The notes below the pieces were generated by a model, which was not told the origin of the DNA, made no database searches, and worked only from the letters and a program-made list of their open reading frames with translations. Below, piece after piece: positions 12,569 through 25,735 of a stretch of 64,000 nucleotides of DNA. Numbering within the stretch: the stretch's first letter is position 1; every line of letters begins with the position of its first letter. This stretch comes from an uncultured virus (IMG/VR IMGVR_UViG_3300021256_002084). Lineage: Duplodnaviria > Heunggongvirae > Uroviricota > Caudoviricetes. The translations under genes and the position numbers were made by a program. The DNA lies in the IMG/VR virus record IMGVR_UViG_3300021256_002084. One strand, 5' to 3'.

Positions 12569-15500
12569 TTAGTACTTGTAAATTTTAAGTTGCGGATGAA
12601 CTGTCAGACCGCGTTCCATTGCTATAGTGATGACCAATACCATATCGTTGTTCTCGATTCGTGTCTCTGTATCAAAGTCTTCAATGACAGACCACGTGCT
12701 GTATCCTTCCGGCTCACTCTTGAACTGAACATCCATAGATTCTGTCGAATTCTTGTATCCGTATAGGACGACTTCACGCTTTCTCTGGGTATTGAATATC
12801 TTCGAAATTGTGTTCTGTATGTAATTCGCTCTCGATGTATCTGCATCAGACCATCTGTCACTGTTCTGCCAGTTGTTCTTGAACGTCTCATCGCTGTCAA
12901 ACAAAGCATATATACTCTACGTAATATTTATTGTCATCCGGCACTGTTTCTTGTTCTCGGAATAGACATTATATGAACTGTTCAAGTATTCGACCTTCGG
13001 GTTGATTCTCGCTGAAGAGAAATCATCAATGACGATATACTCACCCTTTACGACAAGACACTTAGAACCGAAGAACGACTTGTCTTCGATCCCTGGGAAG
13101 TATCCGCTCTTGAGTTCATATACATCATTCGTCGAATACTTACGATAGAACTTGTTGTCCCAGTTTGCTGAGAATGCAGAACGGTTGTAGTCGAAGAAAT
13201 AGTTCTTGTAGACATCGAACTCGTTTGTCGTATCAAAGACTTTATTCTCAGTGTAACAGTTCAGTCTCTTGACTGACTTCACTTTCGTATTCGCCATCAG
13301 CAATGATATGTCTGCTGCGTCAGCAAAGTCGAGGTCGTTTATATGGAAGTTGATAACGTCATAGAACACAGGCATAAAGTATCCGAAATTGAACTTAATC
13401 TTATTCGGTGTCTTCATAGTAATATTCAACGGCTTATAAGAGTCAGTAATCGTAATACTTGTGACTATGCCGTTATACATAATGTAACACGTCAGATTAT
13501 CATCGAACGATTTAATATACTCTCGGATTTTCTCATCAACAGTACGGTCATCCTTAGAAACATCATTAGAATTCTTCAGAAGGAACGGACTGCTTGCACG
13601 TCCTTGATAATCTGTCGTATCATATGCGTTATTCAGATAATCAGCAACTGAGAATCTGTCGATAATCTTTTCGTTGTTATTATCTGTGCGCATAATACCA
13701 ACTTCCTCATTCTTGACATTCAAGACATTTGTACTGTCGTGCTCAACCGGCATATAGATATAATGCGGACGTATATTATTGTTGTCAGCCAAATCATTCG
13801 TACCATAGTCTTCTTGGACGAACCACGTGCTAACGTCATTAGCCAATACGCTCTCTTCATTACTCTTGTTTACGATAATCGTGTCAGAGAATCCGCAGAT
13901 AGTGTCTGTACGTATCTCATACGGCGCTTTCATTACTGAGTAATCTACAGACTCGCTAATATCTCCGTCGATATTGTGTATATTCGAATACTTCTTGAAC
14001 GCTGGGGTCAGATTGAACTTATGATTCACGAACAGAATGAATTCCTCATCAGCAGAAATATAGAGTTCATTGTCAAGAATCGGATTATAGTCATTGATGA
14101 AGAATACATCGAAGTTGTTGTACTCACCGATTCTCAGACTCTGATTGTAATACTCACTGTCGAACTTCAGACTGAACTTGATTCCGTAGTAAATAAACTC
14201 AAGTGACTGAATGTACGAGTTATAGTAACCGACAGCAGTATCAACCGGACCACTGCGATATATCATCTTCTTGATAGCATTCTTTATACTACCGTCTACA
14301 ATCCCATCCTTGAACTTCATCAACTCATCATTAATTTCTAAGAACGAGTCGGTCGTATTGCCGATGAACATATTTGTCGTATTATCGACAGCAGGAGACT
14401 GCGAATGCTCAGTGAAATAACCGACTTTCTGATAATCGTTCGTGATATTTTCTACATTAAGAACAGACGTTCCGTCGAGATATAGTCCGTTAGACTCCCA
14501 GAAACAGTTGGTCATCGGGACTACAGGAATATCAAACGAACTCGTCGCTTTCTAATCCCTATATGTGAAGAAATTATCATCACTCTGAACGGGCTCCGTA
14601 TTCTTGTAACTGAAGTCCTGATGATTTCCTCCATCCAGCATACGAAGCGTCATATCTGAACTGACAGTCAGTTTACCACCATAGAACACTTCTTGAGAAA
14701 CAGTAGAAGAATCAGCATCTGTCGTATAGTACATATCATTACCGCAGATGATGAACTTCTTGACATTTATCTCTTTGAATGAACCACTCTCGACAATATA
14801 GAGAATATCTTTATGTATGATGTTGTCTTCTCCAGACGACAAATCCACTTGTGTACCAGCAGGAATTCCAACAGTCTGCTCATTCTGAATGATATTGTCG
14901 TGACTCAAGTTGATTGACATATCGATGTCCTTGATTCCCAATATTCCCATTGCACAAATCTGAGCAGACTCAGAATTGAAAATAGAAATCGTATAGTTGT
15001 GAATGAACGGAGAATTATAAAAATCAACGATGCATCCGTTTAGATTATATGGAGACAGAATCGTATGACGTTCATCCTTTACGGTTATAATATTCTGAGT
15101 ATGAACGTGGAATTTAGTAAAATCAATATTTAGAAGAACGTTATCTGTCAAATAGTCGTTATCAACGCTCATCAGAAGCATAGACTCGAACTTCTTGTCA
15201 CTGACTTTCACAAGCGGATGCTTAATATACTTCAAAGTCTCTTGTAAGTCATCATAGACGACAAACGGATTCTTGAATTCATAAGGACACTTGAATTTGA
15301 TGATATTGCTGTATCTCCATCCGAGTGCTTCAAAACCGAATAACGAGAACACTCCGTATGTGCGTATGTAGTGCTTAGTATCCGGATTCAATGGACGCAT
15401 CACAGTATCGTGGTATCTTGAGAAATATCGGATGTTGTCTACAATCGTATTGTCTGAATCTTCATATTCGACGAAGTTTGAGACTTTTTTATTATCAGCA

Positions 15501-17752
15501 ATCTTTGTTGAATAGAACTTATCATCTAAATCGTACGCTTCTTTGTCCCACTTGGAAATAGTGACTTGATGACCGGCTTTTATCATCTCATTCTTAATCG
15601 TCTCAACGTAAGAAGTATAGTTCAGATCCTTGATGCTGTATTTGCCAGAATAGTAGATAACATAAGTATTCTAATTCTTTTCCAAGAATATCTTCTGGAA
15701 AGTCGGTTCCTCATTGTTGTTAGGAGCGGCGATGTGCTGGAAGTATACATTCTCTTCAGAAGATACAATGCCAATGCTATCTTCAGTCTTTGCTGTTACT
15801 CTGACGAATGAGTTGAACTTTCTGATACAAGCACATATTCTTTCTATCTGTTCACTGACTGAAGCAGAAACCGTACTATCAGTCAAAGACTGAGTGTAGA
15901 ACGAAAGCCTGTAGAAGTTGCTCGCAGCGTATAAGTCCGGATTCTAATCGTCTCCGTGAATGAATAAATCGGGATTATTCGTAGAAATGTAAGGGAATAT
16001 GAAGTCGTCTGTATCAAGAAGACGCTCGTCATTTGAAGCAATAATCTCAAGACAGATGTTTTCATATATATTCTTCGGTTCGTTATATACATTGAAGCCG
16101 ACGAAACGCAGATGCTCTCCGTACTTCAAAGGCTTGTCGAACGAAAGCGTAATGAAAGACTTGTCGTCTTTCTTCCATGTTATACTTTCAGAACGGACGT
16201 CAGCAACATTGCCGTCCGGATTATCGAGTACATTGTCATTAATAAAGTTCTTGACGTCATTCTCAGTTTCGACTCTCGCTGCCTGGTCGTTCGTCACCAT
16301 AAAGATGATTCTGTCGTCGTATTCATCACTAAAAATCCTGTTAAAGAGTTCACTATCCTTTATCTCATTATCATTCTCATCGAGTTTGACAATCCTCGGA
16401 TTACCCCCGTTGTAGTCTGTGATGATACACTGATATTGACGGAACTCATTCGCTGTCAGATAGAGTCCAAAATAACGATGCATCGAGAATTCGTCAGATA
16501 CTTCGTCATTAAACATAAACTCCATATTCAGGATATATGGATAAAGAACGTTGTTGCGCTCGTATCCGTTGATGATGTAGTTGTTGAAACGTTCCTGAAC
16601 GGCATCATCGCTTACAAGGATATTATTCGCAAAGTAAGAAGACTCAATCTTGTTTGTGATGATGCCTCTTGCTGCGTCAATACCCTTCCAAGAGTTCTGA
16701 CCCTGACGATAGTTTCCGGAAGTACGCTCGTTGTCCTGTTCAATGAACTGAAGATAACAAGAACCGTGGATGATGTTATTGATGCTCTTCGCATAATTAC
16801 GGATATACTGACCGGCAGCAGTGTAACTGCGTAAGTCGAATATCTTGACGACAGCAGATTCCTTCAGCATCTTCGTGAATTTATCCATATCGTCAATATC
16901 CGTTGAATGATAAGTCTCAGAGTTGTATATCTCATCAAAGCGGAAAATACAAAAGAAATCAGGGACGTTCTTGCCGATATGCAAAGGAGCGAGTATTCTC
17001 ATATTCTCCGAGTACATATCGTCCATATTCGTCTCTGCACCATACTCATAAAGAGTGTCATACTGCTTTGACTAATCCTTGTAGAACTTGTGGGGGTTCA
17101 GCGAATCATCCGGTGTCTTATATAGTTCACTCATCGGAAGTTTCGAGAACACAGTCATCACGTCGTGAGGATAATTGCCGTCTGAAGAAATAGGATACTT
17201 GCGATATATACGGTTGTTCAATACGCTCGACGCCTTGAATGTGTCCATATAAAGATTACCCTCATTGTCTACGACGATCTTGATGTTACCCGTCAACTTA
17301 GGATTCGTACGCAACAGCATAAAACTGTTCAGACGACCGTTAGTGTTCTACTCTTCGTTGGCGTATTCCTGAAGTTGCTGAGTATCGTCGTCAGAAACAT
17401 AGATTACAAGTTCTCCGTCTCCATCCAGAATCTATGAACCATTCTTCTTAAACTGTACAGTTATCTTTCCCGTACAAAACTTCTTGTTGAGTTCAGGCTC
17501 TATACGGAAATTGAATATGTATGGTGAAGCATAACTCTTAATACTTTGACCGATTCCTTCTACTGCTATACCGTTGATGAAAAAATTGTATTGGTGTTCA
17601 TCATAAATCTGTGTCTCTATATCTCCGCTTATTTCTGAAATATAAGGTACGATATAATCGCCATCGCTCATTGCCGACATCTCGAAAAGTTTCTAGACAT
17701 CGACAACGAGGATGTTATTCTCAGGAGTTATGCTTGCTATATATTTTGCCAT
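12569..17752 (-). CDS. Very large putative virion (baseplate/tail) protein, about 1727 aa with 8 TAG=Gln
   Basis: One frame from ATG 17752 (MAKYIASITPENN) to TAA 12569; only TAG interruptions at 17693, 17432, 17348, 17072, 15944, 15671, 14552, 12917. Confidence 0.8.
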
Positions 17753-17788
17753 CTCTTATAAATTTCTACTCAACTTTTAATGAATGGT

Positions 17789-20700
17789 TTAATCTCCGGA
17801 ACCAGAGTTAGAAAGTTCCCCGATCACTTCTGAAAGCGTACGACGGTTGCCACTCGAATCAACGAAAGTCAAATCCTTAACGTGGAGAACCATATTACGG
17901 GCATTCATAACACCCTCATAGTTCATATCACTGTTGAGGTTGATAGTCCTCATTTCAGAAAGCGTCAATGTCGTCATCTTTTCTGCCTGGAGAGATGTGA
18001 GTTCCGGCATTATCATAGTCTGTAATTTGTTCATCTCTATAGTCTTGATTCCTTCACCAGAAGTGAATGTGTCGCTATTTGTTCCACTGAATGAACCAAG
18101 TTTCTAGACATAGTCTCTGACGCTGATTTTCTCAGAACCGTTGCTTGGATTGACTAACATAACATCATACACACCTATAGCAGCGTCTGTCTTCTCATGT
18201 ACGCCGTCGAATGTATTGATAGTCATATAGTCATTATTACCACCGGTGAGAACGTATGTTTTTGCAGTATCACTGTTCAACATAATCTTCGGAACAGTAA
18301 CCTAACTCTTTGCTTGCAGATAACTTAAGCGAAGTTCACTGTCAGTTCCGCTAGTGTAATTGTCATTGAGTTCAGAAATCAAGTTGTTATAAGTATCCTG
18401 ATATGTCTGAAGTTCATTAATCTTACTATAGAGGGAGATAGAAGCACCGGCGTTATCAATATCAGGCTGCAACAGTACGTTAGCGAATCGTGCGTTCACG
18501 ATATTACCGTCTGAATCTTTAGGCTCAAATGTAGTACCGGATGTCAAAATGTATTCGTTGCTCTATACTTCGTCAGCACTCAACTTAGTGAAGTTACCGT
18601 TCTCTGTCGCAAGACGTCCGCTCGAACCAGTCTTTGTATAAATACTGTCGAAATCAGACTTCAAGTCTTCATATTGTGTCGTAAGAGAATCAATGCTATC
18701 GCTATTTGACTTCACATCAGCAATAACACTCTTTACGGAATCAGACTCACCAGAAGTCATAGACTCAGTGATAATGACATCCGAAACCCTTACAGTACCC
18801 AAGTTAGAACCTGAGAAAGAATCAGTAACTATGATACCGCCAGTTCCGTTCGGACGTACAATGGCTGTAGCATTGTCTTCGTTCAAACGAAGTTGACTAG
18901 CCTATAGTTTTCTTTCTGCAACATTGACAGCATATGTACTGATAGTCTGCTCTGTTGTAGTTACACGCCCTCTCAAAGCATTGATGTCACTATCGTGATT
19001 GTCCGCTCTTGTAGTCAAATTAGCAACATTTGTACTAATATTTCTAACATTTGTTGATAAATCATCTACATCCATCTACAGAGCAAATGTAGCAAGAGAT
19101 TCATTCAAACTATTTTCAGGGGTTCCGAGATGAACATCTTTCACGAGAATGTCACTTGGTTCAGAGAAATCGTTTGTCGTATTATTAGTGACTTTCAACA
19201 AGTCATTCTGTGCTACAAGAGCAACTTTCTCGTTGTTGCTCGTATCAAGAACGATGAACTTCTTCGCTTTAATGTCAGCGTGAGCAGCACCCTCTTCGTC
19301 TCTCTAGATTCTTACGATTGCGTGTAAGTCAGCACTGACGTCCTTGATATTCTGATTAAGGTTCGATGTATCAGAGATGAGTTCTGCAATCTTCTCGTCA
19401 TACCAGCCGTGTTTCTCAGTAGCGACTTCAGCAACTTCGTTGGCAACCTTAACTGCATTCTCACTTGCTTCTACGATGGAAGTGTACTGACTCTTCAGTT
19501 TGTCAATAACGTCCTGAAGACTTACAGAATTTACTACTGTAGTTCCAGCGTCTGACAGACCAGTCTCTTCGACAGCAATATTCTTAGCAATATGCTTGAA
19601 GTACATACCGTTGACAGAATTCGTATTGGGAATAGTGTCATCGAGGTGTGTTGTAACACCGAGACTGTCGAGGTTATTAGTGATAGTGATTGTCAAAGCA
19701 TCATCATTGACGTTCTTAATCAAGTCAGCCATCTCATTTCCTGTAGCAAGAGTGCTTGGAAATTCCATAATGATGCTGTTAGACCACTCAGAACGCAGAG
19801 GATTCTCAGGATAACCGGCTTCACTGATAGTTCGAACTTTTATCTCAACCTTTTCTCCCTTTGAAATGGCAATATCAATCTGGTTGATATTCGTCTCTGT
19901 TCCGTCAGCGATGTTCTCGGTCTTCCAAACGTATCGACCCAAGTCTTCGTCGTAAATCTTAGTCTTCAACGGTCCTTGAATCACATTCCAGTCGGTAAAT
20001 GTACCAGTATACTCTGTTCCGTCCGGAGCAGTATATGTGAATGTATTCAACTGTGAAGCAGTATTGTCTTCACGAATATAACGATATGCAATATCGAAAC
20101 CTATGATTTCCTCAACGACAGTCTCCGCTTCATCCCTATACTTATAATCGGGAATCGGGAAGAAACCGCGGATGTGATATTTCGGTTCTGTAGTGATAGC
20201 AGAATTCTCACGGACGATAGACTGGAATGAATTCACCAGAGTCGAATATGTCGTCTGAAGATTATTCAAATCAACGATGTTCGTAGCAATCTGTTGCTGA
20301 ATGCTGTTATATCGATAAAGACTCTCAGCAGACTGAAGTTCTGTCTTCTGAGCAGCAATTGTAGACTTCAATGAAGAAATCTGCGACTTAACTGACTCGA
20401 TTTCAGATGCAGTGTTCTTGACATCTGTCGTATCCATAGCAGCATTAATCTGCGTATTAATCTATACGACACGGAAATCGCTGCCGTTCAGTGTGGGCAC
20501 ATTGGGAATCTTACCGTTCCAAGCCGTCTGACGATTTTCCTTTGCTTCAGCAATCATCTTTGAGCCCCAGTCTACGATGAACCTCGAATAGTATTCATCA
20601 AATGACATAGCACTCTGACCAGTCGTTCCGCTAAGAATCAGTTCATCAGAAGCAAACTTGATTGGAGTAGACCAGGAATTACCGAGAAGATTATAATCCT

Positions 20701-21661
20701 CTGCAACGCCCTTGAAATAAATGATATTCAATTCGTGAGCACCGAAACGAACCTTGATAGTCTTATCACGGAACGGATCCTCATAATAATTGAGCGTAGA
20801 GAATGTTCCGGGAGTCTGTACGCCGCTCACTCTCTTCAAACGAACTCTCATCAAATTCTGATCAACTTCACGAATTTCGAAGATAGACTCAGAATAACTT
20901 ACTCTGTCTCCTACTGAAAGGACGTTGTTCTGACCCTAGTCGACTCCGTCTGTAGAAACAGTATAGTAACTGATTGAATCTAAAGGATACCAGACGTTAT
21001 CGTCAATAAGTATAGGGTCGTCGTTGACTACAAAGCCACCTCGCTTGAGATTCTGAACCAGAGGCATATTGATAGTCTCTTCATCCTCATAGTACGAAAC
21101 ACCCTCTTGAGTAAGACGTGTCTTGAGTGTTGTGTAGTCATAAGCATTCTGACTTAAATCGCTTTCCCATAAAGCATATGCGTTACTATCATTAGCGTCG
21201 AGAATAATTCTAGTTACACGGACACGGTCAGCAGTATCTTCGATCTGACCAGTCAAATCTATATTGACTTGAGCACCTGGAAACATCAGTTCCTCGAAGA
21301 ACCAGTTGCTGTCAACAGTAAACTCAGTAGGATCCGCGAGACCGGTAATCTGCTCAGGTGTATGGGGAACGCTAGTCAGACGAATTGTCCTGCGACTGCC
21401 GTCTTCGAGATTTATAGTCCCATAACCCTTATGCAGAGAATCGATTGACTCTTCTACTGCCTTCAACCTGTTGATGATAGCGTCATAACTAGGCAACTGA
21501 TACTACAGTTTTTCTCCATCCTCATTCTCGTAGTCAAAAGTAGTGAACGTATCATTAGTCGTCATCGCCTGCTGCTGCGCTTCAAGCATAGCCAGTGTAT
21601 TCACACTGTTCTTAGTGATGGCATTAATATTCTGTGAAAATGAATTGATATTCTTACTCAT
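17789..21661 (-). CDS. Large putative virion protein with coiled-coil segments, about 1290 aa with 9 TAG=Gln
   Basis: One frame from ATG 21661 (MSKNINSFSQN) to TAA 17789; TAG at 21503, 20936, 20462, 19304, 19076, 18902, 18563, 18302, 18104. Confidence 0.8.
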
Positions 21662-21663
21662 AG

Positions 21664-23355
21664 TTATTGTTTCTTGGGACTCTTATTATTTTTCTTGTTC
21701 TTAGAAGACTTCAGTTCGTCGAGTTCAGCACGCAGAGCAGTTATCTCGTCTCTCAGAGAAGCGATTTCAGATGAATAGTCATCCTGCTGTACTTGAGAAA
21801 CCATTGGTCTCTGAGTCTGCGCTGAAGCGCCGAGTGTATATACCTTCTTGGTCGTAGTCTTACGGAGTCTTGAAGCGCCCATAATCTCTGAATCATCAGT
21901 AGTATCCTGAGCATTCTCTCCGCCGTCATATGCTTCGAGTTCTGCTACAGCCTTAGCAACTTCATCTTCAATATACTGCTTCAGTTCTTCAGTCGCTTCG
22001 CTTATCGCTCCGTTTACCTTATCTGAGATACTGTTGTCAATCTGGACTTTGTACTCATTGAACTGCTCACGCAAATCGACTAAGTCTGCACGTATGGACA
22101 TATAACTATCCTGAATAGCACGAGTCGTCTGAACATTCGTGTTCATAATATCGATAGCACGATTCAGATTCGATAAAACGTCGTTGAAATCTTGACTGTA
22201 TATACTTGTTGTAGTCGTATTATCTTCGATACGAGCGTCAGTATTGTCATAGACACTCATCGTCTTGATATTGACACGGAACGAATATGAATTGCCGAAA
22301 TATGCATTCTTTCCAGTCTGACCCTTATATGACTTCTTCTTGACTACCGGAGTCAGAGTATAATCTCCGCTTGAATTACCCCCGTCAAGGAATACGATGC
22401 CGAAGAGATTCGTAGCAATCGGTTGTTTGTATACATCATTCAAATCATATACTGAATAGTAGAGAAGGATGGCATTGAACTTGAATTCGCATCCGCCTGC
22501 CATACTGTAGGGAGTACGACCGTCAGTAGTCGTAATTCCTGCAAGCATATCATCGAAGTCCACATTGACATCATCAAATGAATCAATATTGATTGTCCTT
22601 GCTCCGAGAGTCTGTAATGTGCTCTGAATAGTCGTCAAGTCAGTGATGACTTCGAAAGCATCATTCTCAGAATCGGTCTTATAGACCATATTTGTCGTAT
22701 CATCATATTGTGCAGTGATGCTGCCTAAATATGAATAGTCTGTCTCAGAACGACCTTGAATTGTAGATGTCTTAGTTCCAGTCGGATAAGACTTTCCTTT
22801 CTTGTAATTAACGTTATTGTTGTTATCTACAGAACGTAAGAACACCGGACCGTTGCCGTAGCTTGTCGGAATCGTGATATACGTCTCATTGAACATTCCG
22901 AAATCAGTAGAAAGCGAGTTTCCGCCGTCAATCGTACTGAAACACTGAATCATACGTTCTTTGTTTCCGCTCTCGTAGCAACGCTCACGATAAATGTTCT
23001 CACCGACTTTGTCTAACTTGAATGCTGAAGAACCGGAACCGCCGTGTGTTGTCATCCAATGCCAGAATACATTCTCAGTGACTGTATACGGTTCTTGAAA
23101 ACTGTAGTCGTTTTCATTCAAGAGTACAGTCTCAAAGTTCATAGCATAGTTCTGAAGACTCAGAGCCAGGTCATCGGGATTCGTCAGACTGAAGTTGTTG
23201 TTCGTGAAGTTCAACAACATATAGTTCGAAAGAGCGACGCCTCTCGTCTCTGAATTGATATTCAAACCGATGTCCTCAGATGCTGACGGGAATACGTAGA
23301 GAGTAGAACCAGTCTCTCTCATCGGACGTAATATAGGAGTTTTCTGTGAAGCCAT
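21664..23355 (-). CDS. Putative virion structural protein with C-terminal coiled coil
   Basis: 563 aa uninterrupted ORF within the structural block. Confidence 0.7.
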   Translation of the reverse strand: MASQKTPILRPMRETGSTLYVFPSASEDIGLNINSETRGVALSNYMLLNFTNNNFSLTNPDDLALSLQNYAMNFETVLLNENDYSFQEPYTVTENVFWHWMTTHGGSGSSAFKLDKVGENIYRERCYESGNKERMIQCFSTIDGGNSLSTDFGMFNETYITIPTSYGNGPVFLRSVDNNNNVNYKKGKSYPTGTKTSTIQGRSETDYSYLGSITAQYDDTTNMVYKTDSENDAFEVITDLTTIQSTLQTLGARTINIDSFDDVNVDFDDMLAGITTTDGRTPYSMAGGCEFKFNAILLYYSVYDLNDVYKQPIATNLFGIVFLDGGNSSGDYTLTPVVKKKSYKGQTGKNAYFGNSYSFRVNIKTMSVYDNTDARIEDNTTTTSIYSQDFNDVLSNLNRAIDIMNTNVQTTRAIQDSYMSIRADLVDLREQFNEYKVQIDNSISDKVNGAISEATEELKQYIEDEVAKAVAELEAYDGGENAQDTTDDSEIMGASRLRKTTTKKVYTLGASAQTQRPMVSQVQQDDYSSEIASLRDEITALRAELDELKSSKNKKNNKSPKKQ

Positions 23356-23375
23356 TATTTCTTAAATCCTTAGTT

Positions 23376-24026
23376 TCATTTTATTGTGACCGACTGAGCG
23401 GGACCAGCCTGTACGATAGCATTGTGCTCTGCATCATATAAGATGGGAACATAAATCCTCTATACAGCATTCTTATTGACGTGCTCGTGATAAAGCATCA
23501 GGACGATTTTCTCTCCGTCATGGCAAGTTCCGATGTTAAGAGGAATCTTGTGAAGTTCGAGTTGACGATAAATCGGATACTTGTATATGTCGTCAAGAGA
23601 AACACCGAGTACACGTCCGTCTCCCTTTACAGAGAAAAGCGCAGACATATCAAGTTCTTCAAGACCATTGACATAATTCTCGTTTACTGCTCCGTAAGTA
23701 GCCTGCGAACCGTAGACTGTTGTCTCGTTCTCCAATTTAGACAATCTCGTCTCAATGTCTTTAAGTTCGGAATCAATCTGATTATACTTGTATGCGATAG
23801 AAGAATTAAGGACGATTCCGTTGAAATTCAGATTCTGGAAGTAACCCGTGTGTGCTATCACACTGTTACAGTTGACATCAACAGTCAGTTTCGGATTCTC
23901 TCCATTCGTGTCGTACGTAAAGACATAATTGAACTCATCCTTAACTGCCTGATTATTCCTGTTTATTATCTCAGGGAGATTTCCAATCATCGTCACGATT
24001 GAAACATCAATTAAATTATTATGCAT
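23376..24026 (-). CDS. Hypothetical virion-block protein (TAG=Gln at 23460)
   Basis: ATG 24026 (MHNNLIDVS); read-through adds RIYVPILYDAEHNAIVQAGPAQSVTIK to TGA 23376. Confidence 0.65.
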
Positions 24027-24152
24027 TCTTTGTTTAAACAAAAATCGATTTGTTTATTTATTCAAGAAAATCAGAAACTCGGACGTATAACCGGAAAAAG
24101 ATTATTCAGAAACGGACAAAATCGAGAATAATTCGAAATAATGATTTTCTCT

Positions 24153-24275
24153 CGCGTATACGCACACGCACACACGTACGTGAAATTAATAAAAACTAAA
24201 TATTTTATAAATATAATTTATATTATAATATTATAAATTAAAACTAGGCGGGTGGGAGTGCTCGCGCACCCGCCT
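24153..24275. other. Structured non-coding region at a divergent strand switch (candidate replication origin/regulatory hub)
   Basis: 30-nt alternating purine/pyrimidine tract 24153-24182, nearly pure A/T tract 24183-24243, GC hairpin aggcgggtg/cacccgcct 24246-24275. Confidence 0.35.
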
Positions 24276-24443
24276 TTATATAAATTATTTTTTGTTTTTC
24301 GAAAACGAACTCCTTAACCCCTAACCCCTTACTTATGGTACGCAAAAATTTTGATTTAGTTTTCGAAAGTGCGAAATTTTTTTTTCGTGTGCGGAAATTT
24401 CCAGATTGTGTTGACGAATTTTCCGGTTTGAAGTACAATATAT

Positions 24444-24773
24444 ATGAAGATTCTGCATATACATCTAATCAACACACGTGTAGACGTAGGAGAACTGATA
24501 GAGAAGTTATCTAATTTTGGAATTCAAGTGAAATTTCTCAGTGACTTGAGTTTCTGTCCTCATTTCATCTGTACTCAAAATCCGGAAGACAATGAGTTCT
24601 TCGTTGATAATACAAACGACGGTCACTACGATTATCTTTGTAAAGAACACGAGATTATTGACTGTAGAGATGTTGATGAATTTATTGCTCAAGTGGGAGT
24701 AATGAAAGGAAATGTTGTTCTGGGTGACAAGAAAAAGCAAAAAGCGGAGATAAATTCTAATGCGCTCTTTTGA
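24444..24773 (+). CDS. Hypothetical protein
   Basis: 109 aa ORF preceded by TTGACG-17-TACAAT. Confidence 0.6.
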   Translation: MKILHIHLINTRVDVGELIEKLSNFGIQVKFLSDLSFCPHFICTQNPEDNEFFVDNTNDGHYDYLCKEHEIIDCRDVDEFIAQVGVMKGNVVLGDKKKQKAEINSNALF

Positions 24774-24845
24774 TAATGATAAAACTAAATTCAAAAATCA
24801 AAGTACAATTGTTAAAAGACAAAAATTTTAAACGTTTAAAATAAA

Positions 24846-25616
24846 ATGGCAAATAAGAAAACCAAGAAAGAGAACACAAAGCCCGCAAGCGAAGAGAAGC
24901 AGCAGTACACTCAGGAAGAACTTGAGTTCGCTCGCATCAACTTGCGTAAGAATTTCAATGAGAGATTCTCGAAGTGGGCTGTGATGGAACCTGAGGACGC
25001 TGACGACGATTTCATCGCTCAGGCTAAGAAAGACCTCGAAGATGCAGTAGAGGATCAGAAGAAGAAGACGTACAACATTGGTGATGCTGCTGACGGCATT
25101 GCACTGAAGACTGCTGAGTTCCTTAAAGAGTGGAACGAGAAGTTCAATTATTGGGAGAAAGGTTCGTGGCGAGGACTTATCCGCTTCAACGTCGTTATCA
25201 GTGAGATTATCGAGAAGTTGAAAGCCGACGACAAGATGAATCTCGATATTGATTATCAGACTCTCATCTTCTTGTACAACTCGATGATGAATCCCAACGG
25301 TATTGGTCTTGAGACTGCACGTCAGATGGCTATCTTCGAGAACTACAACGAAGAGACTGATGCTCCTTTCGAAGAGAACATTCCTGTGACATATTCAGGC
25401 GTGCTGTCGAAGATTATCGAGCATATCAACTATCTCGGCGGCATTGACAAGAAATTGAATATTCTGCGCACACGTCTTCAGTACGCTTATATGGGTCTGA
25501 AAATGACTCTGAAAGTTACTGAGATTGAAGAGTTCGTAGAATTCAACGACGCAGTGACGGACAACGGTGTTGCAGAAGCAACAGAGGAAGAAATTCCCGA
25601 CACAGATAAGAACTAA
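24846..25616 (+). CDS. Hypothetical alpha-helical protein
   Basis: 256 aa ORF with genome-typical codon usage and an A-rich leader. Confidence 0.75.
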   Translation: MANKKTKKENTKPASEEKQQYTQEELEFARINLRKNFNERFSKWAVMEPEDADDDFIAQAKKDLEDAVEDQKKKTYNIGDAADGIALKTAEFLKEWNEKFNYWEKGSWRGLIRFNVVISEIIEKLKADDKMNLDIDYQTLIFLYNSMMNPNGIGLETARQMAIFENYNEETDAPFEENIPVTYSGVLSKIIEHINYLGGIDKKLNILRTRLQYAYMGLKMTLKVTEIEEFVEFNDAVTDNGVAEATEEEIPDTDKN

Positions 25617-25735
25617 TTAGAAGAAGTTCTTTTTCAAAATTATTATTATATTTCATCGGACGTGCAGACTATCGTATTGTGCGCCCGATGTTTCGTTTTC
25701 AGAATAAATAATAAAATTGATTTTCATTCTAAATA

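Noticed and set aside
6350..21661. Pseudogenes or many small genes in the structural block
   Set aside because: Fragments share a frame and are separated only by TAG; recoding explains them
24312..24331. Telomere-like CCTTAACCCCTAACCCCTTA repeat
   Set aside because: Only two to three imperfect units; too short to call
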